Below, in pieces: positions 18,901 through 28,262 of a stretch of DNA of 52,492 nucleotides. The position numbers and the translations under genes are program-made. The stretch is taken from contig CAXGAI010000031.1 of NCBI GenBank assembly GCA_964007735.1, forward strand, positions 1-52,492. Reading direction: 5' to 3'. Every line of letters starts with the position of its first letter. Position 1 is the first letter of the stretch. Below the pieces are notes generated by a model. That model was not told the origin of the DNA. It saw nothing but the letters and a program-made list of their open reading frames with translations, and made no database searches. The stretch comes from an uncultured Rhodopirellula sp. (GTDB lineage: Bacteria > Planctomycetota > Planctomycetia > Pirellulales > Pirellulaceae).

Positions 18901-20048
18901 TCCGTCTCATCCCCATCACCGGCAGAACTTGCACCCAGATAGATGGTGACATCCTCGCTTAGTTCATTCGGGAATTGCCTTTCTAATTCAACGACGGGAA
19001 GTAGAGGGTTGACGGGTGCCTGCCATTGAGATGGTGCCGCCGGACGACCAATATGCCCGACTAGATTAAACGTCCAAAGCATACTCTGCCAGGCGTCCAA
19101 TTCGACTGCCAACGGATCAATATTTTCCGCAGTCAGAGAACGAAGCCGTTGACTGAGATAATTCAGCAGGTGTTGGTTGCCAGCAGGGGTCTGGTGCAGG
19201 GTCCACAGCTTCTGTAAATAAACTGGATTGACATTGTGTTTGGCGGAGACTTCTTCGATCGTTTGAGTCTGTTTTAACAACGTTTCCCGGTCATTGGCTA
19301 TGGCCTCCAGGTATCTGCGTAATTGAAGATTTCCCTGCAAGTCGAGGGCTGTATCTTCGGTCGTCCGATTGACTTTACGGTAAAAGTCACGAATTTGATC
19401 CATCATTTCGTCCACGACGTTGCGTCGCGTTGTATTTTCCGACCAACGGATTCCCGTTGGGGTGAATACAGCATGTTCGGCCACCGATTTACCGGCATCA
19501 AGATATTTCCGAATGAGGTTGGGTGACATGGATAGAGCATCGCCTGTGTTGATAAATCCTTCACCAGCAGCGCCATCGACAGGGAATTCGCTGGTTGGAT
19601 TCATGCTTCCAATCCCCGTCAGGTCTTGAACCGTATAATCATACTCAGAATTATTTAGACGACGTAGTACAACCGGACCTGGGTCACCGGCGTACTTTTG
19701 CGCCTCATGTTCTAAGAGGGACTTAGTCCACTTTTGCAATAATTCTCGTTGGTTGTCGGTTGGTTGCCCCGACTCTTTAGGGGGCATTTGTCTGCTATCA
19801 AGCATTGCAGAGATTCGGATCCATGGCTTAATGTTGGATTGAATGTCGGCAACCGATTTGAAGAGGCTCATGTCGAGTTCTGCTTCGATGACTTCACCGC
19901 TGTGGCAATCGAAGCAGAATTGCCTGAGGAGATGCTGAACATCCTGATCATACTCGCTTGAAATAGCAAGAATTGGATCCTCTTGTGCTTGAAGTTGGCC
20001 ATCAATTAAGAAGGGCATCAGAAGCAAGGCATAGATAAAACGAGTCAT
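15975..20048 (-). CDS. Large DUF1592-family protein with planctomycete cytochrome c domain and long central insertion
   Basis: Start placed at ATG 20048 (MTRFIYALLL.. signal peptide; ORF track start 20105). CFDCH; LRRLNNSEYDYTVQDLTG; AWRR; IAARLSYFLWSSQPD; TSPILRGNW; CAKCH. Confidence 0.9.
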   Translation of the reverse strand: MTRFIYALLLMPFLIDGQLQAQEDPILAISSEYDQDVQHLLRQFCFDCHSGEVIEAELDMSLFKSVADIQSNIKPWIRISAMLDSRQMPPKESGQPTDNQRELLQKWTKSLLEHEAQKYAGDPGPVVLRRLNNSEYDYTVQDLTGIGSMNPTSEFPVDGAAGEGFINTGDALSMSPNLIRKYLDAGKSVAEHAVFTPTGIRWSENTTRRNVVDEMMDQIRDFYRKVNRTTEDTALDLQGNLQLRRYLEAIANDRETLLKQTQTIEEVSAKHNVNPVYLQKLWTLHQTPAGNQHLLNYLSQRLRSLTAENIDPLAVELDAWQSMLWTFNLVGHIGRPAAPSQWQAPVNPLLPVVELERQFPNELSEDVTIYLGASSAGDGDETDYVLWKNARLEKEGEPPIYLANLEGVSRRYAEIQKNLLSNTSKYLAAVDEASKLPTPIDIEALATKHNLNSPSLEKWLELMNVRATTAVEIQGLILSQVKNVAGYATVNGWGAELPNLTANHSDDLVKIPGDSHPHGITVHPTPDMYLAVLWKAPEDVRVSVTALVADAHSNCGNGTEFWLQHRAGEKIQELWHGTAGLRESKEFPTKEMSVRKGEVIGLYIGPRDGEHACDLTRIDLTLKELEGKQREWDLARDCANDILAGNPHADRLGNPNIWHITKGLVTELNKPTVRISSLPLGTILEAWANETDSNKRQQLAAEIQAIINGPAPTEPQSSEGRVYQALIGLADSVVPGDLQEGVEFDKRFGVHPVSGEVAKLDLVSKAPSAVAIKIPALFARGRTLKVSGLPDPNHGRDATVQLHLNGDDSVHNRLLVTFPILSPPGNVFHDEMVNTLNEFRELFPRALAYVRLVPVDEVVPLVLWYREDHYLQKLMLTNKQREELDTLWDEFLFVAQEPLKYEVSYEQLYQFATQDRPDIVEDLKPIEVNVKAHAEGFRKRLLETEPVHLKAVIDFAHTAWRRDLQAAERAEIHQLYTSLREVGLQHEPACRLTIARILTSPNFLFKQENAKEGVDATGVTSSEIAARLSYFLWSSQPDEVLREAARHNQLDTPQQIRKQTNRMLLDSRTSRIATEFAAQWLHVRNFNSNNDKNEELYPEFAELREDMYQEILQFFDDLFRNNGSVLNILNADYTFLNERLAKHYGIEGVTGLEWRRVDNVKQAGRGGILGMSTTLATNSGASRTSPILRGNWVYETLLGERLPKPPANVPQLPEFVPEGKTARELIELHSSVAECAKCHALIDPYGFALEQYDVLGRLRPNKIDTRTTLIDDTELDGIDGLRNYLVTKRQDDFLRQFCKKLLGYSLGREVQLSDNPLIDTMVQQLKTNDYRINVAITQIVMSKQFRYIRGRDFATPE

Positions 20049-20162
20049 TATTGGTTTCTCCGACCGGTTGAAAAAACGGCATCTGGCTGGATATTGCCTT
20101 CGCAAAAAGGAACGTTCATAGGCTTAATTTTATCAGATTCAGAGGCTCACCCTAAATAATTT

Positions 20163-21461
20163 CTAGGGCTGGCATGGTTGTCGGGAATCGATCTCAGGAC
20201 GCTCAACACGATAGACGTGGTTCTCGGTTCTGATGAACAAAGCCCTGTCTGACACGGCGGGTGTGGCCACAAGAATACCTTGGGCGAGTCTGTTTTCCTG
20301 AGTGATTTGAAATTTTCGTCCGGGCTTGAGTAGGAAAGCAGTGGCATCTTCATTGAATACATAAATGCGATCATTCGCATAAATAGGTGAAGCTGAGTAG
20401 GAGCCGGGTAGTCGGCTCCTCCAAACTTGTTTTCCGGACTTTGCCTCTAGGCAGGTAATGATCCCCAGACGGTTTATGAGGTATAAGAGGTCATCTACCA
20501 GCAGGGGAGAGCATCGAGGAGGCATAGCAGCCGTTTCTTTCCATGCAATATGGCTGTCACTCACATCGCCTTTGCCTCCCAGACGGATCGCCCACAGTTG
20601 CGGGTTATCCCGATCAACGGTGGTGAATAATAAACCATGACCAGCGACCGGGCGAGGAGCATTGGAGAACCCATGGTGTTTGATTTTCCACAGTTCATCT
20701 CCGGTTTCAGGGTCATAGGCATAGCAACCCTGAGCCCCATTACTGACCAATTGCAGTTGGCCGTTATGCTGAATCAGACTTGGCATGCTATAGGCCTTGC
20801 GTTTGTTCACAGGCACATCGGTGAAATCGGCTGAACGAGTTGTTTTCCACACGGTCTTTCCCGTGTTCTTGTTTAAGGCACTGACGTATTGCACATCGCG
20901 CCCATCTACATTCACAATGAAAAGCTCCCCGAATAACATGGGTGAACTTGCCGGGCCGGCACCCACTTCGTGATCGCAGTTTAGATCACGACGTGTCCAG
21001 AGGACTTCTGCTGTTTTGCGATGCAAACACGCGGTACCGTAAGTGCCATAATGCACGTAAACGTGTTTTTCATCGATGACTGAGGTTGGAGTGGCATAGC
21101 TGTTGTCTGCTGCGATGCGTTGTGCGTTTTCGACATCGAAGAGGTGTTTGTCATGGATAATCTTCCCGGTCATTTTGTTCAGGCAAACAGCATACAACTT
21201 GGTGCCGTCAAGCTTTGCCGTTGTTACCCATACTTGATCATCCCATACAACGGGTGATGACCAACCACGGTCGTGGATAGCCGTTTTCCAGACAACATTC
21301 TTGTCTTCACTCCAGGTTGTGGGCAAATGCGGGGCTTCGATATGACCATTTCCTTCAGGTCCGCGAAATTGATCCCAGTTTGTTTGTGCAACGACCGAAC
21401 CCGAAAGGAGGCTGAGAAGGCAGTAAGTCAGTATTGGATAGGTGTATCTTGCGTGGATCAT
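20163..21461 (-). CDS. PQQ-binding-like beta-propeller repeat protein (BamB-like planctomycete family)
   Basis: Signal peptide; NWDQFRGPEGNG, NVVWKT, GWSSPVV, ATPT, ASSP, and repeated xTGxxxW motifs. Confidence 0.88.
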   Translation of the reverse strand: MIHARYTYPILTYCLLSLLSGSVVAQTNWDQFRGPEGNGHIEAPHLPTTWSEDKNVVWKTAIHDRGWSSPVVWDDQVWVTTAKLDGTKLYAVCLNKMTGKIIHDKHLFDVENAQRIAADNSYATPTSVIDEKHVYVHYGTYGTACLHRKTAEVLWTRRDLNCDHEVGAGPASSPMLFGELFIVNVDGRDVQYVSALNKNTGKTVWKTTRSADFTDVPVNKRKAYSMPSLIQHNGQLQLVSNGAQGCYAYDPETGDELWKIKHHGFSNAPRPVAGHGLLFTTVDRDNPQLWAIRLGGKGDVSDSHIAWKETAAMPPRCSPLLVDDLLYLINRLGIITCLEAKSGKQVWRSRLPGSYSASPIYANDRIYVFNEDATAFLLKPGRKFQITQENRLAQGILVATPAVSDRALFIRTENHVYRVERPEIDSRQPCQP

Positions 21462-21615
21462 TATGGCGCGGAATCGTTATTCTCTAAAGTCTTATTTGTC
21501 TTGAGGTAGGAACGGGAACAGTTGTTTCCATTGTTGAGTAGAGGGGCGGGAGCCGTACTCGCAGAATTCAAATGCTTCGGCACATTTAGTTGGCTCCGAA
21601 TGGTTGAAGGATTTG

Positions 21616-23046
21616 TTAGTTGTCGATAAATCGACTGGCCGCTTTGTACGCATTATGCCCCGTCGAATTCCCGGGGAGAATGTCTTCCTGCTCCCTCGGA
21701 ATATGAACTTTGTGTTGCTTAATGATTTTGGCGTAGGCGCGCTTGTTGATTCGGTTTTCCCACTCATGAGGATCTTCCTGGTGGTCATAAAACTCTTCGG
21801 AACCATCCAGATATTGTATGTACCGGAAATGTTCTGAGCGTACAGCAAAGTTGCCTTTTCCAAACGAAGAGATTGCCGGATGGTCCCAGTTGGCTTTTGG
21901 GTTTTTTAATAGAGGTACTAGCGAATCTCCTTCTTGTGAATTGTCGCGAGGTAGCCCGGCAAGTTCAAGCAGCGTTGGGAATACATCTAATAGCTCCGCC
22001 GGTTTCGTGGTAACTTGTCCGGCGGTGAACCTTTGGTCCACAAGGATTAAGGGGACACGTGTTCCGTCTTCCCAAATAGTTCGTTTAGCCCAGCGTTGTT
22101 TTTCTCCAAGGTGAAATCCGTGATCAGAGAAAAGTACGATGATTGTATTGTCTCGGTGTGGTGATTTATCTAGTGCATCTAAAACGATTCCCAGACAATA
22201 GTCGGCAAAAGCAACGGAGGCTAAATAAGATTGGACGGCATGTTCCCACTGCCCAGCAGAAACTACCCAGCTATGTTCAGGTGATACGTGCTTTTCATTG
22301 GTCAGTGCAATCGCATAATCGCTAAGATCCGCGCGATCTTTGACTTGAACGACAGGTAGCTCGATTTGATCTCTGGGGAACAGATCAAACCACTTCTTCG
22401 GTGCGAACATAGGTACATGAGGCCGGTAGAAGCCGACCCCCATAAAAAAGGGCTTCTTCAAATCTTCCGGAAGGGCATTTAGCTTTTCGACGGCCCATTG
22501 AGCGATTTTATAGTCAGGCATCATCTCATCCTGTTCAGGAAATGCACCCCAGTCCCAAAGCGGGTGTCCATGCGGTTGTGAAATCTTAGTTTCGGGGCGA
22601 GGGCCGAATCCTCCCATCGACCCTCCATAGTCTTGGAAGAATCGTTGATCTTGGCGGTGGAAAATCTTCCCGGCCGCTAATGTTTGGTAGTCATGCTTGG
22701 CAAATCGTTCCGGGAGGGTATCCAGGTTTTGCAATTTCGGTGACTGTTTTAAATCTGGAGATAGGAAGTAGATTCCGGAAGTGTGGGGATATCGGCCGGT
22801 CTGCATACTGGCTCGAGATGGGTTACATACCGGTGACTGGCAATGGGCATTGGAGAACAGAGTGCCTCGATCGGCTAAACGATCAATATTAGGAGTCCTG
22901 GCCTGTGGATGGCCACCGAGGCAACCTGTCCAGTCGTTAAGATCATCGATCGAAATCAATAGTACGTTTGGCCTGTCCGCGGATAAAACTTCCTTGGAGG
23001 TCGAGGCGGCGATGAGAATAAGGAATATAAAGGCTGGTCGTGCCAT
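21616..23046 (-). CDS. Formylglycine-dependent sulfatase (iduronate-2-/choline-sulfatase-like)
   Basis: RPNVLLISIDDLND, CNPSRASMQTG, GKIFH, RPHVP, SDHGFHLGEK; signal peptide. Confidence 0.92.
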   Translation of the reverse strand: MARPAFIFLILIAASTSKEVLSADRPNVLLISIDDLNDWTGCLGGHPQARTPNIDRLADRGTLFSNAHCQSPVCNPSRASMQTGRYPHTSGIYFLSPDLKQSPKLQNLDTLPERFAKHDYQTLAAGKIFHRQDQRFFQDYGGSMGGFGPRPETKISQPHGHPLWDWGAFPEQDEMMPDYKIAQWAVEKLNALPEDLKKPFFMGVGFYRPHVPMFAPKKWFDLFPRDQIELPVVQVKDRADLSDYAIALTNEKHVSPEHSWVVSAGQWEHAVQSYLASVAFADYCLGIVLDALDKSPHRDNTIIVLFSDHGFHLGEKQRWAKRTIWEDGTRVPLILVDQRFTAGQVTTKPAELLDVFPTLLELAGLPRDNSQEGDSLVPLLKNPKANWDHPAISSFGKGNFAVRSEHFRYIQYLDGSEEFYDHQEDPHEWENRINKRAYAKIIKQHKVHIPREQEDILPGNSTGHNAYKAASRFIDN

Positions 23047-23085
23047 AGGAAGTCTAATCCTGTTTCTATATTATAACGTTGGTTC

Positions 23086-23445
23086 TTAAATCACTTCGGG
23101 CTTGCTAACGGTACGATTGTTTTCCAGATTACCGGTGTTGAGTGTACCAACTGGCTCAAACAGTACGACTTCACATTCATCTTCTGCCACCGGTTTATGT
23201 TCGACTCCTTTCGGAATCACACACATTTGCCCAGAATTCAATTTGATAAATGAATCACGAAAGTGAATAACCAGTGTTCCCTTTATAACCCAGAATAATT
23301 CATCTTCGTATTCATGGAAGTGCCAGTCAAATTCGCCAAGTAGTTTGACCACTTTAAGATGCTGACCATTAAGCTCGGCAATTATTTTGGGAGACCAATG
23401 TTCATCAAATGTACGGAGTTTCTCAGTGATGTCTATAACTTGCAT
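23086..23445 (-). CDS. Cupin domain protein
   Basis: WSPKIIAELNG, GEFDWHFHEYEDELF, IPKGVEHKP. Confidence 0.9.
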   Translation of the reverse strand: MQVIDITEKLRTFDEHWSPKIIAELNGQHLKVVKLLGEFDWHFHEYEDELFWVIKGTLVIHFRDSFIKLNSGQMCVIPKGVEHKPVAEDECEVVLFEPVGTLNTGNLENNRTVSKPEVI

Positions 23446-23475
23446 AGTATCTAATTCGTTCCACGGCTAATGAGG

Positions 23476-24273
23476 CTAAGGATTTTTGTAGTGATGCTTC
23501 ATCGCTTCAAAGGTTCTTCGTTTGGAAAGGAAACGGTTCTTGGTACTTTCCCATTTGGGATTTAGCTCGGCTCTCCAAATGCGAACATTTTTCACTTCGT
23601 GCCAGGTACTTCCCATGGTTAATGAAACGAGTGTTTTTGAAGTGGTGATTTGCTCGGCTTTCGTGTAAGCCACATGATTGCCGAGTCTAAATAGCGCCTC
23701 ATCATTCACGATTTCCAGTATGGCGGTGTGCCATTTGCCGGGAGCAATCTTGAGATTCTGATAGTCGAGTAGTAGGTCTTGGATGATTTGTTTTTCAGGC
23801 GTCTTGCGAATGTGCTGAAGAAGAAAACCGGGTTCAATGAAGTCATTGTTGACGTTGGCCCATGCAGAGATGACGTGCCCTGTAATATCCGGCCGCCGGT
23901 CAGCAGCAATACGAAAGCACTGATGATGCCAGGGCTCCGTATTCTTGCCAAAACGAAATGTCACCTCAATGATTAGGTCTTTCTCGTCAAAGCCCTGATA
24001 CGCCATCACCGGTACATGCCCGGCACTAGGTGAGTGAGTCGACCGCCAAATGTTGTTATCTTTACCGGTGCGTTCCCACTTTCCGGCACCCAGTCGAACA
24101 GCGGCATGTTCACTTAACGGTAAGGCTTTTCCACGTTCGCGGTCCTGGAACCCGTTGTCTTCGAGGATTAACTGGCCTTTCACCGCAAGTTCTGTAGTGA
24201 CATTTGGTTGCATTGCATGAACCCGCGTCGCAACGAGTAATGCGAATGTGATAATAAGACGAGTGAATGGCAT
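23476..24273 (-). CDS. Hypothetical exported protein (possible concanavalin-A-like beta-sandwich)
   Basis: Signal peptide; KDLIIEVTFRF and PGKWHTAILEIVNDE patterns resemble DUF1080/LamG-like folds. Confidence 0.6.
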   Translation of the reverse strand: MPFTRLIITFALLVATRVHAMQPNVTTELAVKGQLILEDNGFQDRERGKALPLSEHAAVRLGAGKWERTGKDNNIWRSTHSPSAGHVPVMAYQGFDEKDLIIEVTFRFGKNTEPWHHQCFRIAADRRPDITGHVISAWANVNNDFIEPGFLLQHIRKTPEKQIIQDLLLDYQNLKIAPGKWHTAILEIVNDEALFRLGNHVAYTKAEQITTSKTLVSLTMGSTWHEVKNVRIWRAELNPKWESTKNRFLSKRRTFEAMKHHYKNP

Positions 24274-24447
24274 GATTCAGTATTAGCTAGTCCGTTGAAA
24301 TGAATCCTTGGCTTTATTTTACTTCCTGTTCGGTAAGTTGTGTTACTAATCCATGTCTGAGTGCGTTAAGGATTCGGGTGACTCGTGTTACATTGTTTAA
24401 TATTCGAGTTTGGAAGTCGGGGGAAATCTCATGGAAAGCTTTAACAA

Positions 24448-25989
24448 ATGAATCGTGTTTTGGAGTTACTTTTTGTACTGACTCTGTGTTGTACATCACT
24501 TCGCGCTGAGGACCGGCCAAACGTGCTGTTCCTGGCAGTCGATGACATGAACGACTGGATTGGCTGTTTGGAATCGACGCCTAATGCGATTACTCCCAAT
24601 CTCGATCGGCTCGCCGCGCGGGGTGTTTGTTTTACCAATGGGCACACGGCTGGTGTGTTTTGTGCTCCTAGCCGCGCCGCAATTTTTTCAGGTTTGTATG
24701 CTTCGACGACCGGTTGTTACATGACTCCGAATTACTTTGTTGCCAGGCCTGAAATAGAATCTCTCCAGACGAGTTTTGCCAAGGCAGGTTATACGACTCT
24801 GGGTACGGGAAAGCTGTATCACCACCCGACCGGGGCCATCGACCAGAGAGGTTGGACTCAATTCTATTTGCGTAATCAGATTCAGCGTGAACGAGGTTGG
24901 CCGATGGAATCCTGGAGTAGTGAGACTCCGGTCCCTCGACCGTTTCCTAACAGTATTTACAACCGCGGTAAGCAATTCAGTGCGGGACTATTTCTGGAGT
25001 GGGGAGCCGTTGATAATGCGAAAGAAGAGAAAATCGCTGATACAATTCGAGCTAACTGGGCAGTGGAGCAGCTACAGAAGAATCATGAGAAACCATTCTT
25101 TCTGGCTTGTGGACTCTATGCTCCCCACTATCCCAACTATTGTCCTCAAAAATATTTCGATCTTTATGATTCCCAAGAAATAAAGTTACCTCCTCTATTT
25201 GAGGATGACTTAGAAGACTTGCCGGAAAAAATACAAAAGGTGCGTGTAAATCGGAAGCGTCTGCACTTTGACAGACTTATTTCTATGAAAGCTTATCAGG
25301 ATGCGATGCATGGATACCTAGCTTGCGTTAGTTATGCAGATGCAATGTTAGGCCGGGTTTTGAATGCGTTGGACGCCAGCCCCTATGCTGACAATACGAT
25401 TGTTGTTTTATGGAGTGACCACGGCTATCACCTTGGCGAGAAGGGGCAGTGGGGGAAGCATACATTGTGGGAGCGTACTTCGAATGTGCCTTTTATCTGG
25501 GCCGGCCCCCAAGTGGCTCACGGGGTAGACACCGATGTGACGGTGAGTTTGATTGATATCTACCCGACGTTGGTGGAGATGTGCAAATTACCAAAACCTC
25601 GCCAAATACTAGAGGGGACCTCCTTGGCAGCAACGCTGCGTGAACCGGCGAAAGCAAGTGACCGAAGTATCTTTCTTCCTTATGTGAAGCCTGAAGAGTA
25701 TGCCGTCATCAATCGAGACTGGAGGTATATCCGGTATGGAGAAGACGGAGAAGAGTTGTATGATCTTAGCAAGGATCCCAATGAGTGGAGAAATCTTGCT
25801 GCGGATGAGCGTTTTGCGGAGTTAAAAGCAGAACTGCAAAAGGTTGCGCCTAAAGTCTTTGCGGCTCCGGAGGAAAAGCTAAATGCACGCAAAGATTTGG
25901 TTGTCGATGGTGACATGTTTCGCTGGGAAAAAGGTAAAGGAAATTATGTTCCGATTCCCAAATACCGTCCCTACACCACTGAGCAGTAA
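24448..25989 (+). CDS. Formylglycine-dependent sulfatase (iduronate-2-/choline-sulfatase-like)
   Basis: [45 protein letters not shown]; signal peptide. Confidence 0.92.
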   Translation: MNRVLELLFVLTLCCTSLRAEDRPNVLFLAVDDMNDWIGCLESTPNAITPNLDRLAARGVCFTNGHTAGVFCAPSRAAIFSGLYASTTGCYMTPNYFVARPEIESLQTSFAKAGYTTLGTGKLYHHPTGAIDQRGWTQFYLRNQIQRERGWPMESWSSETPVPRPFPNSIYNRGKQFSAGLFLEWGAVDNAKEEKIADTIRANWAVEQLQKNHEKPFFLACGLYAPHYPNYCPQKYFDLYDSQEIKLPPLFEDDLEDLPEKIQKVRVNRKRLHFDRLISMKAYQDAMHGYLACVSYADAMLGRVLNALDASPYADNTIVVLWSDHGYHLGEKGQWGKHTLWERTSNVPFIWAGPQVAHGVDTDVTVSLIDIYPTLVEMCKLPKPRQILEGTSLAATLREPAKASDRSIFLPYVKPEEYAVINRDWRYIRYGEDGEELYDLSKDPNEWRNLAADERFAELKAELQKVAPKVFAAPEEKLNARKDLVVDGDMFRWEKGKGNYVPIPKYRPYTTEQ

Positions 25990-26009
25990 TCAAGAAGCCA
26001 TTATTTGAT

Positions 26010-26033
26010 ATCCCCCGTCTCATCGGGAGATTT
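26010..26033. terminator. Possible weak terminator between convergent genes
   Basis: ATCCCCCG..CGGGAGAT imperfect stem followed by a short T run. Confidence 0.3.
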
Positions 26034-26055
26034 GAAACTCCTGGCTTTTAGTCGC

Positions 26056-28215
26056 CTAGGGAACTGAAATGTCCAGCGGCCGAAGATAGAGACTCTCTGG
26101 TGGTTTTGCCAGCAACTTTCCGCCGCTGGTCGACTCGGCAGATACTTGTTGCCAGTCAGGATCTGACAGGAAAGCTTTCCAATTTGCATTGGCCTGTTCA
26201 CGATTTTTATGTTGGATCATATAGATCAAAGTGGTTTTGTTTTCCGGAGCGTCAAAGGCAGTCCAATAGGCAAGATTCGCCATTCCATGCTTCTCGAATA
26301 AGGCCGTGGTATGATTCTGGAATCGGTCTTTCAAAGTACTAAGTTTACCTTCTCGGGCAGTGTAGGTGCGAAGTTCTAAAATGCCCGCTTTTTCATTAAA
26401 CCCTTTGCCAAATTGATTTGAATATTCGGTTTCATTCATGAAGAGGCTGGTTGGTTTTTCAGCTAAGAGCCCTTTGAAAGTGGGCATCTCAAGAACCCGC
26501 TGCCATTCCCGGTCGTTAGTGAAGTGGATCCAATTCGAGTAAGCTGCGTAACGGGACGGATGTTTAAGGATGTATACGATCCGGCGTTTTTGGCGAACGG
26601 TACCATCAGTGGGAACCCAGTAACCTATTGATTGCATGTCGTATTTGGAGAAAATACGATCTGTGTATTCACGGAAGCGGGTGATGAGGTGATCAAAACG
26701 ATTTTCGTTGGCTTTGTATATTCTTAATTCGTAAACCGGCCCTTCTTGTAACTTCTCTGCTATTTCTGATTCAAGTGGTTTCTCGATTAGATCAAGCCCC
26801 TTTTTGATTCCTAGTACAACTTCCAGAGGTGCTTTGCAAATCCAGGCCATGTCGTCTGAGATGCGATTGCTGGAGTCATGCCCACCAATGAAAAGTGCGT
26901 TGTCTTCGAAAGGAGAAAGGCAAAATGCACGAGGAGAGACGAGTGTGGGCTTGCCCGGTGAGTAGGCATTATTTACTTCATGGATGGAATAAGTCTGATC
27001 AGCGCGGCGGATGGCATACAGTGCACCGGCATAGAGTCGGCTTCCCGTCCATTGCAGATTGTTTTTTCCCGCCAGGTTTCCCTGGAATCCAATGAGGTGT
27101 ACAAGTTCGCCACTTTGAGGATCATGAATCGGATACATCATATTGTGAGCTCCTAGGGTGTAAGTCACGTCCCGGCCAAGATGCTTTTCCATGAGTTCCA
27201 TCATGCTCTCTTCGTCATGGAGGGAGTACCCCCCCCTGCCGTCGGGGTCCAGTCGTTTGACTTGACTGGTAGATCGTCCTCCCGGCGCCCATAAGAATAG
27301 AATCGACTGTCCCGGCCCGTTTGGATTTTTGATGGCGGTTAGTCCACGAATACCTCCGACATCTGTATCGACATCATCTGCCAGTCGGACGATTTCGGTA
27401 TAGCTGGGGCGTATGCCGTCGTTCCGGCGCAGGATAGCGTCGTCCACCGAGAACAAAAGTGAGTTGTTCGCCTGTACGATTCCAAGAGGGCGAGTCGAGA
27501 CGCTACCGATGTCCGGAAAAGGATATTCAAGTACTGTTTCCCAACGGATCTTACCTGGAATATTTGGATCATAGACCCCGGAAACAACGCCGGGATTTCC
27601 TAGCAGGAGGATGAGACGCTCGACTCCTGTTTCTTTGTCGCGATAGAGTTCCATGTCTCTGGGAACCCAGCGGATTCCACCACTGTTTGCACCGTGCCGA
27701 ACGATCGAGTGATCCCAGGTACCCTTGGTGTCATCACGGACCCAGGCGGATACCGCTCCGCCGCGTTCGAAAGTTGCGCCGGCTGCCATGACGAGCAAGT
27801 TGACCGGGCGCTCGAGTGGTTTGCCATCGGCCCCGTAAGAAAATGTGACTGATTTGAGAATGTTGCCCTTCATATATCGAAGGTCGTATCCGTTCGTCGC
27901 TCCTGCCTCTAAATCGACCTGCCAGCTACCATCGGACTTGTCGAGCCGCAGGACCTGTGCTGACTGTTTTTGGAAATTCGGTGGAATCACCCAGTGAGCA
28001 TCCATCCAGTATCCATTGGCAGCATAGAGTTTTCCTTGATGGGCAACCAGATGCATGATCTCGCTACCACCGGCATAAGCACCGTTTGCATCACGATACC
28101 CGGCATCGTAGCTAAGAGCCCAGCGGGGAGCTTCGTCTGCGTTGAGATTCGCAAAACCTGTGCTCAGCAGAAGCAATAGCAGGTGAATGAGGCAACCGCT
28201 GAGTAAACGAACCAT
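26056..28215 (-). CDS. Exported protein with unknown N-terminal domain and two C-terminal NIPSNAP domains
   Basis: Signal peptide. Twin motifs VYELRIY..RFREYT..F.KYDM..IGYW and ILELRTY..GKL..LKDRF.NHT..LFEKHGM.NLAYW..W.AF..DP.W are NIPSNAP-type. Confidence 0.8.
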   Translation of the reverse strand: MVRLLSGCLIHLLLLLLSTGFANLNADEAPRWALSYDAGYRDANGAYAGGSEIMHLVAHQGKLYAANGYWMDAHWVIPPNFQKQSAQVLRLDKSDGSWQVDLEAGATNGYDLRYMKGNILKSVTFSYGADGKPLERPVNLLVMAAGATFERGGAVSAWVRDDTKGTWDHSIVRHGANSGGIRWVPRDMELYRDKETGVERLILLLGNPGVVSGVYDPNIPGKIRWETVLEYPFPDIGSVSTRPLGIVQANNSLLFSVDDAILRRNDGIRPSYTEIVRLADDVDTDVGGIRGLTAIKNPNGPGQSILFLWAPGGRSTSQVKRLDPDGRGGYSLHDEESMMELMEKHLGRDVTYTLGAHNMMYPIHDPQSGELVHLIGFQGNLAGKNNLQWTGSRLYAGALYAIRRADQTYSIHEVNNAYSPGKPTLVSPRAFCLSPFEDNALFIGGHDSSNRISDDMAWICKAPLEVVLGIKKGLDLIEKPLESEIAEKLQEGPVYELRIYKANENRFDHLITRFREYTDRIFSKYDMQSIGYWVPTDGTVRQKRRIVYILKHPSRYAAYSNWIHFTNDREWQRVLEMPTFKGLLAEKPTSLFMNETEYSNQFGKGFNEKAGILELRTYTAREGKLSTLKDRFQNHTTALFEKHGMANLAYWTAFDAPENKTTLIYMIQHKNREQANANWKAFLSDPDWQQVSAESTSGGKLLAKPPESLYLRPLDISVP

Positions 28216-28243
28216 CGCTTCTTTCCTTCGTTCAAAAAAATAA

Positions 28244-28258
28244 CACTCCCAGCAGGAT
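28244..28258 (-). repeat. Degenerate direct repeat of the tRNA-Arg 3' end (att-like remnant)
   Basis: cactcccagcaggat matches cacgcccagcaggat at 29897-29911 in 14 of 15 positions, same orientation. Confidence 0.55.
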
Positions 28259-28262
28259 CAAG

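Noticed and set aside
20049..20105. TTG-started N-terminal extension of the large DUF1592 ORF
   Set aside because: A clean signal peptide starts at ATG 20048, preceded by GGAGA on the coding strand.
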